A DNA stretch of 64,000 bases, taken from assembly GCA_963677925.2 (NCBI GenBank), contig CAXXYH010000003.1, positions 1,120,001 to 1,184,000 of the forward strand, in the 5' to 3' direction. This DNA is from Spirochaetia bacterium (GTDB lineage: Bacteria; Spirochaetota; Spirochaetia; UBA9216). The notes under the pieces were generated by a model. That model was not told the origin of the DNA and did no database searches. It worked only from the letters and a program-made list of their open reading frames with translations. Numbering within the stretch: position 1 is the first letter of the stretch; each line of letters starts with the position of its first letter. The position numbers and the translations under genes are program-made. Positions 37,911 through 48,250 of this stretch are shown one piece after another.

Positions 37911-39252
37911 ACTTGCGTTTGCCGTGAACAGTCTTACATTTGCTGATTTCATATTTGCAGGCATTGAAAATGAAAATACTGTTAAAAGCAGCTTTACCCT
38001 GCCGCTAACAGATGCCAACAGCAATGCAATCACATGGACTGAAACTACTGACAGCACAAATAACATCAGCATTTCCGGAAATACTGTCACAGTAACACGT
38101 CCCGCAAAATTCTATGAGCATGCCTCTGTCACCATCACAGCCGCGCTAACTTTCGGCAGCTCGAGTGATACAAAAGATTTTACAATACTGATATTGGCTG
38201 ACTACATGTCCGGAGTACACTTCAGTACAAATGTATCATCCTTTACGTATGAAACACCTGCAGAAAACTCTGCAGCGAGGATATTCAGACTCGCAGAGGA
38301 TTCAGAAACAAACTCGGTAGCAATCGTTGGAAACTATGCCTATGTAGCTCACGAGTACGGTCCTGCGGGAGATCCTGTCTATGTTTTTGATATCAGCAAC
38401 CCTGCAGATCCCAAGGCTGTATGCTATTTTGATTTAAACGCAAGTTTTTACAACATTACTGCTTCAGGAAACTATCTGTATGCGGTATGGAACAGGCAAA
38501 TCTTCCCGATTGATGTATCGGATCCTGTTAATCCGGAGGTAATGCGACCGGTTGAAATTGCGTCAACTGAACTTACATCGGTTCTTGACTTATATATTGA
38601 CGGCAGCACCCTGTATTACACCGGCGCTTACTCCTACAACACGTCAACTAGAGTTGGAGCAATCGATATTTCAAATCCAGCAGTACCGGTAATTATGGAT
38701 TATATTCTTTTCAGTGGCCGTCCATACAGAATGACCTGCAGCAACGGCTATGTCTACATTGCAAATGGGTATACTGCTGATGCATCGCTTTCTATAGTGG
38801 ATGGAACTGACCCAATGGATCTAAAACAGATATATCTTGGTGATCTTGATGATAACCTTTCCTATACCACCGGTATCAGTATCGATGGTGATTACCTCTA
38901 CGTTTCTGATGACGGGTATCAAATAGATGTTGTAAATATCACAGACCCGGCAGCACCTGTCTATGTTAAAACAGTGGAGCCAAGCGGAACTCGCAGCCTC
39001 GGAATTCTTTTGGTTTCCGGTAACTCCTTATACGGGGTAAACCGTGGAGATAGTTCAGTACTCAGGTTGGATATTTCAGGCACACCGGATATTACTGAAA
39101 AAACAAAAGTAGTATACGGCGGAGATTTAACAGGAAGTAATGTAACAGGTACTGACTTTGAAGTAAATGGCGGCTATCTGTATGTTACAGGAGTATATAA
39201 CCCCACATCAAACGATATTTGGAATGGTTTCGCGGTAATGCCGGATAATTAA
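37453..39252 (+). CDS. Surface lipoprotein: two Ig-like (aBig-type) domains plus LVIVD-repeat propeller, paralogue 1
   Basis: Lipobox NLSG-C, F.LP...G..ITW...VTRP twice, repeats VAIVGNYAYV..YVFDISNPADP. Confidence 0.85.
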   Translation: MKQFKIQFYFLSILLVLNLSGCDPDIATGVEDSDGTGTVETDSGISADAAAVAADTAALDESDFTFASGDSRTDVTGDFTVPTSGDSGTIITWTEKQDTGDNVSVNAGTVTVTRPAAGSSDAEVILTAAVSMGSESATVDFTFTINHIPDDEALAFAVNSLTFADFIFAGIENENTVKSSFTLPLTDANSNAITWTETTDSTNNISISGNTVTVTRPAKFYEHASVTITAALTFGSSSDTKDFTILILADYMSGVHFSTNVSSFTYETPAENSAARIFRLAEDSETNSVAIVGNYAYVAHEYGPAGDPVYVFDISNPADPKAVCYFDLNASFYNITASGNYLYAVWNRQIFPIDVSDPVNPEVMRPVEIASTELTSVLDLYIDGSTLYYTGAYSYNTSTRVGAIDISNPAVPVIMDYILFSGRPYRMTCSNGYVYIANGYTADASLSIVDGTDPMDLKQIYLGDLDDNLSYTTGISIDGDYLYVSDDGYQIDVVNITDPAAPVYVKTVEPSGTRSLGILLVSGNSLYGVNRGDSSVLRLDISGTPDITEKTKVVYGGDLTGSNVTGTDFEVNGGYLYVTGVYNPTSNDIWNGFAVMPDN

Positions 39253-39270
39253 AAACAAGGATAAAGTATT

Positions 39271-39303
39271 AAAGGCCGCCTGAACTTGAGGTGGCCTTTT
39301 TTT
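39271..39303 (+). terminator. Intrinsic terminator
   Basis: aaaggccgcc-loop-ggtggcc followed by T7. Confidence 0.8.
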
Positions 39304-39345
39304 CCCCGGACAGTACTTGCCGAATACATGGAAAAAAATGTTTGA

Positions 39346-39891
39346 AAAAAAAGTCCAGAAATATATTTCTGGACGACGGCATCTGACAAATCGAGTAGAT
39401 TTAGCTGATTTTAATACCAGGAGAATCAAAGAAATGAAACAATTCAAAATCACGCTTTATTTTCTCTCTATTTTACTTGTTCTAAACCTGTCAGGATGCG
39501 ACCCGGATATTGCAACCGGAGTTGAAGACTCAGACGGCACAGGAACAGTTGAAACTGACAGCGGAATATCAGCAGATGCGGAAGCAGTGGCAGCAGATAT
39601 TGCCGCACTTGATGAGTCTGATTTTACATTCATATCAGGCGACAGCAGAACCAGTGTAAGCGGAGACTTCAATCTTCCTACAAGCGGAAGCAGCGGCACT
39701 ATAATTACCTGGAGTGAGAAACAGGATACGGGAGATAACGTATCAGTTAATGCAGGTACAGTAACTGTAACCCGGCCGGCAGCCGGAAGCTCAGATGCGG
39801 AAGTAATTCTTACTGCCGCTGTAAGCATGGGGTCCGAATCGGCAACTGTTGATTTCACATTTACAATCAAGCACATCCCGGATGACGAAGC
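39346..39891 (+). repeat. Copy 2 of the duplicated segment
   Basis: Very similar to 37365-37910. Confidence 0.9.
39353..39374. promoter_or_regulatory. Perfect 22-bp palindrome, copy 2
   Basis: Identical to 37372-37393. Confidence 0.75.
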
Positions 39892-41224
39892 CGTAGCTGA
39901 AGCAATAGCCAATCTGACAACTGATAATTTCACATTTTCAGGATCTGAGAAGGCTAACGCTGTAAAAAGCAATTTCACCTTACCTCCCACAGATTCAAAC
40001 GGTAATACTATTACCTGGTCTGAAACCGCTGATACCGGAAACAACATTTCAATTGCCGGAGATACTGTCACGGTAACACGTCCGGGGGCATCCTCTGCAA
40101 ATAAATCTGTTACAATTACAGCAGAGATCACATCCGGTACAATAACCGATACAAAAGATTTTACAATACGCATTCTGGCTGATTACATGTCAGGAGTAAC
40201 CTTTAGTACGAATGTATCATCTTATTCCTACGTAATACCCACAGAAAACAGTAATGCACGTCTGTTCAGCCTTGCTGACAGTGCGACAAGCCAGGCGGTA
40301 GCTATAATCGGTGATTACGCATATGTTTCCTACGACTACAGCACACAGAATCACCCGGTTTACATTTTTAATATCAGCGATCCTTTGAATCCGACAGCTA
40401 TAGGTTATTTCGCGTTTAACACTCAAATAAAAACAATGTCTTTGACAGGAGACTATCTGTACGCAGCAGGCAGCTATAATGTTTACCCGATCGACGTATC
40501 AGATCCCGCAAATCCTGAGGTACTGAGACCAGTGAATCTTACTTCGTCGGTAATTATATCTATCAATGATACAATTATCGAAGCTGGTACCCTGTTCTAC
40601 GGAGGCTTTTACGATAGTTCTGAAAGCACAATCGGAAGCCTGGATATTTCCAACCCTGCAGAACCGGTTTCACTTGATTATATAAGACCGTCCGGAAGGT
40701 TTTTCCAGTTCAGCTACAGTAACGGATATCTTTATGCAGCCAACGGCTGGACAGCCGATACAACAGTCGCAATTATCGATGTTACAGATCCTGCGAATAT
40801 GAACCAGATCTATCTTGGGGATCTGGATGGGAATGCCGCATACGTAAAAGGTGTTGCAGTATACGGAGACTATCTTTTCTATCCATACGGCAGTATTATC
40901 AAAGTAGCTGATATTTCCAATCCGTCAGAACCCGTCTATGTAAAAACATTAAGTCCATCCGGAGCTTCCGGATTCCAACAACTTCATATATCCGGAAATA
41001 GATTATACGGTGTAAACGGTGGAAATTGCACTGTGAGCAGAGCCGATATTTCAAATATCCCGACTATCGGCTCATTATCAGCAGTGACTTACGGAAAAGT
41101 ACTGTCAGGCTCGCCGCTAACAGGTAACGATCTTGCCGTCAGCGGAGGATACCTATTCCTCGCCGGAGCTTATTATAACGATAACAGCTTTAACGGCTTC
41201 GTAATAATGCCGGATAATAATTAA
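39434..41224 (+). CDS. Surface lipoprotein: two Ig-like domains plus LVIVD-repeat propeller, paralogue 2
   Basis: Start set at 39434 (MKQFK, RBS AGGAG) by homology with paralogue 1. Same domain order. Confidence 0.85.
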   Translation: MKQFKITLYFLSILLVLNLSGCDPDIATGVEDSDGTGTVETDSGISADAEAVAADIAALDESDFTFISGDSRTSVSGDFNLPTSGSSGTIITWSEKQDTGDNVSVNAGTVTVTRPAAGSSDAEVILTAAVSMGSESATVDFTFTIKHIPDDEAVAEAIANLTTDNFTFSGSEKANAVKSNFTLPPTDSNGNTITWSETADTGNNISIAGDTVTVTRPGASSANKSVTITAEITSGTITDTKDFTIRILADYMSGVTFSTNVSSYSYVIPTENSNARLFSLADSATSQAVAIIGDYAYVSYDYSTQNHPVYIFNISDPLNPTAIGYFAFNTQIKTMSLTGDYLYAAGSYNVYPIDVSDPANPEVLRPVNLTSSVIISINDTIIEAGTLFYGGFYDSSESTIGSLDISNPAEPVSLDYIRPSGRFFQFSYSNGYLYAANGWTADTTVAIIDVTDPANMNQIYLGDLDGNAAYVKGVAVYGDYLFYPYGSIIKVADISNPSEPVYVKTLSPSGASGFQQLHISGNRLYGVNGGNCTVSRADISNIPTIGSLSAVTYGKVLSGSPLTGNDLAVSGGYLFLAGAYYNDNSFNGFVIMPDNN

Positions 41225-41245
41225 TTCTTAACCTTTGACAGTTTT

Positions 41246-41277
41246 AAAGCCGTCCCTGCGTGGGCGGCTTTTGTTTT
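41246..41277 (+). terminator. Intrinsic terminator
   Basis: aaagccgtcc-loop-gggcggctttt. Confidence 0.75.
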
Positions 41278-41399
41278 AAACGATATTAACGCCTTTTTAT
41301 GCTTAGAATAAAACTTTAGATTTATCACATAATTTGCTTATACAGCTCAGATTCATATAATTAAACAGGAACTACATTGCCAACTCAGGAGGAGCAAAA

Positions 41400-43493
41400 G
41401 TGATCGGAATGAAGGATCTAAAAATTGGAATCAGGCTTATAGTCCTGCTTTCTTTTGTAACTGTATTAGTTCTTGGTACAATAATTATTTTCGTACAGGA
41501 TAGAATTACAAATCTTGCCATGATTGATGCAGAGAGTATAGGCAGTTCAATCTCATCAAAATACAGTGAGGCAGCCGCTTCAGACATTGACCAGGCACTG
41601 GTTACAGCCCTTGTACTTGCAAGAACAGCGGAAGGCCTGCTATTTGCCGAAAACGGAGATTTTTCAAGAGAAGAAGGCTACCGGATCCTTGAAAATGTAT
41701 TAGATAAAGAACCCAGTTTAATTGGAACTTATTTCCTGTTCGAACCTGACCAGTTCGACGGAAAAGACAGTGAATACGCAAATACAATCTATCATGATGC
41801 GAGCGGGAGGTATATTCCATATGCATATCGTGATGAATCCGGCAAGGTTAGTCTGGCACCGCTTGAACTGTATGAGGATCCTGTTGACGGAGCCTACTAT
41901 CAGGATCCAAAAAAGATGAATAAAACGGTGATTCAGCCTCCTTTTTACTATAACGTCGATGGTACCGATGTGCTTATGATCTCAATTTGTGTGCCTGTAA
42001 GGAATCCTTCAGGAATGTTTATCGGCATAGCCGGCTGTGATATAAGCATAGCAGATATAAATGACATATTACAAAACATAAAACCTTATAAGAATTCCGG
42101 TTCACTGACTGCAATCTGGGAAGATGGAACAATAGTCGCCGACAGGAATCCCGATATAGTTGGCGGAAATATAAATTCATTAAATATTTACAGTGCAGGA
42201 ACTATAAATAATATAATGTCAAACGAGGAATTTATAGCAATTGAAACAAGTTCTGTTGACGGCAGCCGTATAATGGTCTGCGGCAGCCATACTCCTCTGA
42301 AAGAAGAAAGTGTTTCAGTGTACATGACTGCCAATATTCCTTATGAGCTGATTATGGAGGAATCTGCAAACGCAATTTTCATTGTAACAGTTATAAGTAT
42401 TTCCGGACTGCTCCTTATTATCATTTTTATTACATTGATTTCACGGCAGATAAGCAGACAGCTGAATCTAGGCGTTAAGTTTTCAAGTGAATTATCAAGC
42501 GGTAATCTGAATGCTTCATTAGATATCGTACAAAAAGATGAAATCGGAGTTTTGGCGGAAAGCCTTAACTCTATGAAAAACCATCTCCTGAGAGTCGTCA
42601 CAGATGTAACAACCTCTGCAGATAATGTTCTTCAGGGCAGCGAGCAGCTCTCAAAAGCTGCAGAACAGATATCTCAGGGCGCTACCGAGCAGGCTTCTAC
42701 AGCAGAAGAAGTTTCCGCTTCAGTAGAGGAAATGAGTGCAAACATTCAGCAGAATACCGATAACGCAGCACAAACTGAGAAGATTGCAAATCAGTCTGCA
42801 CTGGATGCCGGAGAAGGCGGAAATGCGGTTCTGGAGGTTGTTGCTGCGATGAATGCCATTGCCCAGAAGATAGGAGTAGTTGAAGAGATAGCAAGACAGA
42901 CAAATCTGCTGTCCTTGAATGCTGCAATCGAAGCCGCCAGAGCCGGTGAACATGGAAAAGGCTTTGCTGTAGTTGCATCGGAAGTCGGGAAACTGGCTTC
43001 AGTCAGTCAAAACGCTGCTGTTGAAATTCAGGATTTGGCGAATGCAAGTGTAACCAAGGCCAACAAAGCCGGGGAACAGATTAAATCAATGATTCCGGAC
43101 ATTCAGCGAACCTCCGATCTGATTTCTGAAATAAGCGCTTCAAGCAATGAGCAGAATGCCGGCTCTGCACAGATTTCAGAAGCCATCCAGCAGCTTGATC
43201 AGGTAATTCAGCAGAATGCATCACTGGCAGAAGAAACTTCTTCCATGTCGGAGGAATTAACATCCCAGGCTATGCAGTTAAGAGAAATGATCAGCTTTTT
43301 TAAAATAGATAAATTCAGTCAGCATAATATTAATAAGAACAGGAAACCTGAGGTAAAAGCCGTAGAAAAACCTGTATCAAAACCTAAGCCGGTACCGGCT
43401 GAAAAAAAAGAAAAACCTATGCTTCCTCCTAAAGTAGAAACGACCAGGGATCTAACTGAAGATGCTGATGATGACGGATTTGAAGATTTTTAA
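41400..43493 (+). CDS. Methyl-accepting chemotaxis protein with dCache sensor
   Basis: TM-dCache-TM-HAMP (DEIG), [30 protein letters not shown], acidic tail DDGFEDF. GTG start with GGAGGAG. Confidence 0.93.
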   Translation: MIGMKDLKIGIRLIVLLSFVTVLVLGTIIIFVQDRITNLAMIDAESIGSSISSKYSEAAASDIDQALVTALVLARTAEGLLFAENGDFSREEGYRILENVLDKEPSLIGTYFLFEPDQFDGKDSEYANTIYHDASGRYIPYAYRDESGKVSLAPLELYEDPVDGAYYQDPKKMNKTVIQPPFYYNVDGTDVLMISICVPVRNPSGMFIGIAGCDISIADINDILQNIKPYKNSGSLTAIWEDGTIVADRNPDIVGGNINSLNIYSAGTINNIMSNEEFIAIETSSVDGSRIMVCGSHTPLKEESVSVYMTANIPYELIMEESANAIFIVTVISISGLLLIIIFITLISRQISRQLNLGVKFSSELSSGNLNASLDIVQKDEIGVLAESLNSMKNHLLRVVTDVTTSADNVLQGSEQLSKAAEQISQGATEQASTAEEVSASVEEMSANIQQNTDNAAQTEKIANQSALDAGEGGNAVLEVVAAMNAIAQKIGVVEEIARQTNLLSLNAAIEAARAGEHGKGFAVVASEVGKLASVSQNAAVEIQDLANASVTKANKAGEQIKSMIPDIQRTSDLISEISASSNEQNAGSAQISEAIQQLDQVIQQNASLAEETSSMSEELTSQAMQLREMISFFKIDKFSQHNINKNRKPEVKAVEKPVSKPKPVPAEKKEKPMLPPKVETTRDLTEDADDDGFEDF

Positions 43494-43524
43494 TTAAATA
43501 ACCGATTCAACCGAAGGCTGAAAA

Positions 43525-44751
43525 TCAGGAATGAGTAAGCCTTCGGTTAAAACTGCTGATCAGTGAAAGAAACAGCATAAGTCCGCCTGTTATTAATAGC
43601 AGAAGCTCAATGGATACCGTTTCTGCGAGCGGACCGAAGAGAAGCATGGCCAGAGGCATCATCGATGTAAACAGCATTGTTGATACACTCATCACCCTGC
43701 CAAGGAACTCATCTTCCACAGTCTCCTGCAGCAGTACCATACTCGGAGTATTGTAGAAACCGAAGCCTATTCCGAATATTCCCATTATTCCTAGATAAAC
43801 CCAGAACGGCGGAGCAAAACCGAGAGCCACAGTGCAGAGAGCCATGATATAGACCGATAGAAGCATTGTCCGGAACCTATGCCTGAAACCTCCCCATACA
43901 GCGAGAATCCCGCCGCCGGCAAGCATCCCTGCCGAAAAGAAAACTTCAATCCCGGTAAGTCGCCATACATCGGGTCCATAGGTTCTTGAAGCCTGAAGCG
44001 GAGTCAGAAATGCCGCCGGGGAAATAAGAAAGAGAACAAGTGCAATAAAAACAAAAAACGGAACAAGATAATGATGATTTCCGATATACCTGAACCCGTC
44101 GATCATGTCGCTGAAGTATGAAATTTTATGATCATCAGCCTCAAGCTCTGCCGACTTATATTCCGGAACTATCAGTTTGAGAAAGAAAGCCAGAAGACAA
44201 ACGGCAATTACGGCGGTTACAACATCAATTAAAAATATAAAAAACAGCGGGGTAAAGGCCATCAGTATTCCGCTTACAACCGGTGAACCCAGGCCGACAG
44301 CGGACTGCATTGACGCAAAGATACCGTTGACCCGCATCAGCTTTTCCTTCGGTACAAACTGCGGAAGAAGCGCCCCCACAGCCGGCCCCTGGACTGCAGA
44401 ACCCACAGCACGCAGAGCCGCAGCGGCTATCAGTACCCAGACATTCTCGCCGATGAAGATAAAAATCAGTGCAGCCATAAGGGTAACAAGGGCTATCCCG
44501 CTGTCGCTTATGATTATCAGCTTTTTTCGATCATAACGGTCCGCCCAAACTCCGGCGAAGGGTGAAAGCAGAAATGTTGGAAGAAATCCGGCAACGATGT
44601 AGACTGTCATCATCGTACCTGAACCGGTCTTCAGGGTTACATACCAGATCATCGCATACTGAACAAGGGATGTTCCAAGAAGCGAAATTATCTGACTGGT
44701 TAGAAAGAGGGCTGCTCTGCCCTTCCATCCTGTCTGCTCATCTTTTTTCAT
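43525..44751 (-). CDS. MFS transporter, DHA3/Mef-like efflux family
   Basis: SQIISLLGTSLVQYA..W, AGVWADRYDRKK, LQE.V....LGRV; about 12 TM. Confidence 0.88.
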   Translation of the reverse strand: MKKDEQTGWKGRAALFLTSQIISLLGTSLVQYAMIWYVTLKTGSGTMMTVYIVAGFLPTFLLSPFAGVWADRYDRKKLIIISDSGIALVTLMAALIFIFIGENVWVLIAAAALRAVGSAVQGPAVGALLPQFVPKEKLMRVNGIFASMQSAVGLGSPVVSGILMAFTPLFFIFLIDVVTAVIAVCLLAFFLKLIVPEYKSAELEADDHKISYFSDMIDGFRYIGNHHYLVPFFVFIALVLFLISPAAFLTPLQASRTYGPDVWRLTGIEVFFSAGMLAGGGILAVWGGFRHRFRTMLLSVYIMALCTVALGFAPPFWVYLGIMGIFGIGFGFYNTPSMVLLQETVEDEFLGRVMSVSTMLFTSMMPLAMLLFGPLAETVSIELLLLITGGLMLFLSLISSFNRRLTHS

Positions 44752-44759
44752 AGAAGCTG

Positions 44760-44788
44760 ATTATATACTCACTTCATGCGGCAGACAA
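44760..44788 (-). promoter_or_regulatory. Putative sigma70 promoter of the MFS gene (leaderless-like)
   Basis: TTGTCT-N17-TATAAT, ATG 8 nt downstream, no RBS. Confidence 0.5.
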
Positions 44789-44795
44789 GCTCTCA

Positions 44796-46421
44796 CTAGT
44801 GCAGACTGTGCTCTGTTTTTTCGAGGTAATAATCGTATCCGCCCTCGTAGATCCGCATTGCCCCGTTATCTATCTCAAACACCCGGTTTACCAGGTGTTT
44901 GAGGAAGTATCGGTCGTGACTGACAATCATAACTGTACCTTCAAACTCCTGAAGCGCCTCAAGCAGAACTTCACGGCTGGCAATATCAAGGTGGTTAGTC
45001 GGTTCGTCAAAGACTAGGAAGTTTACCGGCTGGGCAAGAATAGTGGCAAGCACTACCCTGCTCTTCTCACCGCCTGAAAGTACTGAAATTTTCTTGTCAG
45101 CGTCATCTCCGGAAAACTGGAAGGCTCCAAGCAGGTTTTTGATATAGCCTATGCTTGCAAGCGGAAGCCTGGAGCTGACCTCTTCAAATATAGTATTTTC
45201 CGGGTTCAGCAGATCTGATGAATACTGACTGAAATAGCCGAGGTTTACGCTGGCTCCCAGTGTGCTGCTGCCCTCAGTTGCTTCCGTCATTTCACAGATA
45301 ACCTTGAGAAAGCTGGATTTTCCGGCTCCGTTGACACCTGTTACAGCTATTTTATTCAGCCGCTCTACCGTTCCCGTGATTCCGCTGAATACGGGAGTCT
45401 CGCTGCCGTCATCATTAATCCATTTCTTTCCAAGCCCGTTCATCTCAACAACCTTGTCGCCGCTGCGTTTGACTGAATCAAAACTGAACTTCATAACCTT
45501 AGGTTCAGGCGGAACAACAATACGCTCAATCTTCTCGATTGTTTTGATTCTGGACTGAACCTGAGCTGCGTGCGATGCACGGGCGGCAAACTTTGCAATA
45601 AACTCTTCTTCCTTGGCAAGCATTGCCTGCTGCCGCTTCTGGGCTGCAACAAGCTGTTCCCTCCTGATAACCCGCTCACGCAGATAGAAATCGTAATCCC
45701 CGGAATAGGTGGTTATTGTGCCTGGTGAAACCTCAACAGTCTTTGAGCAGAGTCTTGTCATAAACTCACGGTCATGGCTGGTCATCACAAGGATTCCCTT
45801 GAATGAGTTAAGCCAGGATTCAAGCCAGACTATAGATTCAACATCGAGGTGGTTGGTAGGTTCGTCCATCAGAAGAACATCAGGATTGAGCAGAAGGATT
45901 CTGGCAAGGGCTATGCGCATTTTCCATCCTCCGCTGAAGCTTTCAACCGGCTGGTCACGCCTTTCCCCGTCTATCCCCAGACCGTCAAGAACGGTTTCAG
46001 CCCTGTTTTCAAGCTCGTAGCCGTCGAGGTCCATAAACTCCATCTGAATTTCACCGTAGCGTTCCATCTCGGAGTCGCTGAGTCCGCCGCTTTCAGGATC
46101 ACTCATCCGGTGTTCAAGATCGGCCAGCTGCAGGCTCAGTTCATACACCCGGCCTGCACCGGCAAGAGCTTCTTCCAGGGCAGTCCGTCCGCTCATCTCT
46201 CCGACGTCCTGGGAGAAATATCCAATTACCTTACCGGATTCAATATTTACGGTTCCTTCATCAGGAGTTTCCTCACCCGATATCAGCCTGAATATCGTGG
46301 TCTTTCCCGAACCGTTGGGACCGACCAGACCGATTTTTTCACCGGGGTTTATCTGAACATCAGCCCCGGAGAACAGGGTTCTGCCGCCGTAGCTCATGCG
46401 TATTTTAGAGAGATTTATCAT
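44796..46421 (-). CDS. ABC-F family ATP-binding protein
   Basis: Two ABC domains (GPNGSGKT/FSGGW/DEPTNHLD; GVNGAGKS/LSGGE/DEPTNHLD), no TM. Confidence 0.93.
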   Translation of the reverse strand: MINLSKIRMSYGGRTLFSGADVQINPGEKIGLVGPNGSGKTTIFRLISGEETPDEGTVNIESGKVIGYFSQDVGEMSGRTALEEALAGAGRVYELSLQLADLEHRMSDPESGGLSDSEMERYGEIQMEFMDLDGYELENRAETVLDGLGIDGERRDQPVESFSGGWKMRIALARILLLNPDVLLMDEPTNHLDVESIVWLESWLNSFKGILVMTSHDREFMTRLCSKTVEVSPGTITTYSGDYDFYLRERVIRREQLVAAQKRQQAMLAKEEEFIAKFAARASHAAQVQSRIKTIEKIERIVVPPEPKVMKFSFDSVKRSGDKVVEMNGLGKKWINDDGSETPVFSGITGTVERLNKIAVTGVNGAGKSSFLKVICEMTEATEGSSTLGASVNLGYFSQYSSDLLNPENTIFEEVSSRLPLASIGYIKNLLGAFQFSGDDADKKISVLSGGEKSRVVLATILAQPVNFLVFDEPTNHLDIASREVLLEALQEFEGTVMIVSHDRYFLKHLVNRVFEIDNGAMRIYEGGYDYYLEKTEHSLH

Positions 46422-46657
46422 TAAAAGTCCTTGCTTATGTATTCCTGTTAATTCTGTACTGAGGGGAAAGTTTAACTATAATTATGCAGGATTGTCAAAG
46501 GGCAGAACTTTCAATTCTGATAAGTTTAACAGAGATAAGCATCCCGGAAATACTGACAGCCGCTTAAAATGAAAGCCGCGGCCGGGGCAGTAATAATCAA
46601 CACATTACTTATTTTTCGTATTTTCACTTAAACAATTCCTTTACTTTACATGTTAAA

Positions 46658-48250
46658 TCAGAAAGCGGTTATTTCAACCGGTGATGTTCTTGTTGTCTCA
46701 GTGCCGTCCCCAAGCTGGCCGAACCAATTGCTGCCCCAGGCATATAAATCCCCATCGGCTGACATTGCCATTGAATGCCCCGAACCGGAGCCGATGTTTT
46801 TAATTCCGCTGATTCCGTCAATTAATTCAGGACTTAAGCAGCTTCCCTCATCTCCATTCCCAAGGCCGCCGCTTGAATCGTTTCCCCATGACCAGACTTC
46901 TCCTGATTCCGTAAGTGCAATTTCATGGGTCGATCCTGAAACAACAGATACCACTCCTGTAATATCTGATACATTTACCGGTTCATAGCTGTATTTGTTT
47001 GAAAGTGAGCCATTACCGTCGCCCAGCTGGCCATAGCGGTTATAACCCCAGGCCTTCAGAGTTTTATCTGTCTGAATAACAAACACTGAGCACCAGTTGC
47101 TGCCGTCACTGTAGGTACCTCCGCATGAAATGCCGATAACACCTGAGACTCCGCTTACCTGAGAAGCATAATGTCTTTCCGAAACACCGCCTGCACCGAG
47201 AGCTCCGTATCCGTTCTCACCCCAGGTCCATACGGTTCCGTCATCCTTCAAGGCTACAGAAAGATGTCCGCTGGCACATATCTCCACAATATCTGAAAGA
47301 GGGGTTTCGCCATCTTCAAGAAGAACCTGAACCGGAGCAGTCCTGTCATCCGTCGAATTATCACCCAGCTGACCGTTCAGATTATCTCCCCAGGTGAACA
47401 CTGTTCCGCTCTCACCCAGAGCCATGGAATGCTCCATACCGGCACTGATAGAAACAATATCCTCCAAATCAAGCTTAACCGGAGAGCTCCTGTCTGCAGT
47501 ATCGCCAAGCCCCAGCTGCCCCTCTGAGTTTGCTCCCCAGCTCCAGACAGTACCGTCATTTTTAAGTGCAAGTGAATGCAAATCACCGGCAGCAACTTCG
47601 AGAATATCGGTTAAATCCGGGATTACAGCCGGTAGTACAGTATCGTCGGTTGATCCGTCTCCAAGCTGGCCGTTATAATTACGGCCCCAGCTTTTTACTG
47701 TTCCGCTATCTGTCACTGCAAGCGTAAAACTGCTGCCTCCGTCTATAATTATTCTGCTTGAAACAGCTGTATTTACTGTAAAACTCCTGATACCGCTTGT
47801 ATAAACCGAACCGTCAGAGCCTGTGACAGTACCGGACCAGTAGAAGGTTTTGCATTCGGTTATGACTCCCTTGCTCAGGGTATATGAAGGACTGTCTGTT
47901 CCGGACAGATTTATAAGCGGAGAAGAAAGGTCACTGTTCTCTGATAAAATAAACCCATACGAGGAAACAACAGAAGCAGATTTAGCCTTGATTGAAAATA
48001 CAGGTGTCGAAGTAGTAACTTCCGCCCCGTCTTCAGGTTCAAGAAGGATAATCTCATCTGCATCAAGGTAGTCCCCGATTCCGTCACCGTCTGTATCAGT
48101 TGATTCCTCGCCGCAGTAAAAGGTACTCTGCGGGTCTACAGAATTTTCAAAAACAAATGAATCCAGGTTCGCAGGACTTATTACATCACAGGCTGTAAAA
48201 AATACCGCAACAGCGGCAGGCAGCAGTACTTGTATGAGATACTTTTTCAT
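46658..48250 (-). CDS. RCC1-repeat lipoprotein
   Basis: Lipobox FFTA-C; seven repeats of HSLAL..DGTVW.WG.N..GQLG.G. Confidence 0.9.
   Translation of the reverse strand: MKKYLIQVLLPAAVAVFFTACDVISPANLDSFVFENSVDPQSTFYCGEESTDTDGDGIGDYLDADEIILLEPEDGAEVTTSTPVFSIKAKSASVVSSYGFILSENSDLSSPLINLSGTDSPSYTLSKGVITECKTFYWSGTVTGSDGSVYTSGIRSFTVNTAVSSRIIIDGGSSFTLAVTDSGTVKSWGRNYNGQLGDGSTDDTVLPAVIPDLTDILEVAAGDLHSLALKNDGTVWSWGANSEGQLGLGDTADRSSPVKLDLEDIVSISAGMEHSMALGESGTVFTWGDNLNGQLGDNSTDDRTAPVQVLLEDGETPLSDIVEICASGHLSVALKDDGTVWTWGENGYGALGAGGVSERHYASQVSGVSGVIGISCGGTYSDGSNWCSVFVIQTDKTLKAWGYNRYGQLGDGNGSLSNKYSYEPVNVSDITGVVSVVSGSTHEIALTESGEVWSWGNDSSGGLGNGDEGSCLSPELIDGISGIKNIGSGSGHSMAMSADGDLYAWGSNWFGQLGDGTETTRTSPVEITAF

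Noticed and set aside
37372-39374. Repeated palindrome as a CRISPR repeat, or tandem genes as a DGR
   Set aside because: Only two copies 1981 bp apart, no spacers, cas genes or reverse transcriptase, and divergence is not adenine-specific.
39317-39433. 39-aa N-terminal extension in the ORF track
   Set aside because: It spans the promoter palindrome; the paralogue and RBS place the start at 39434.
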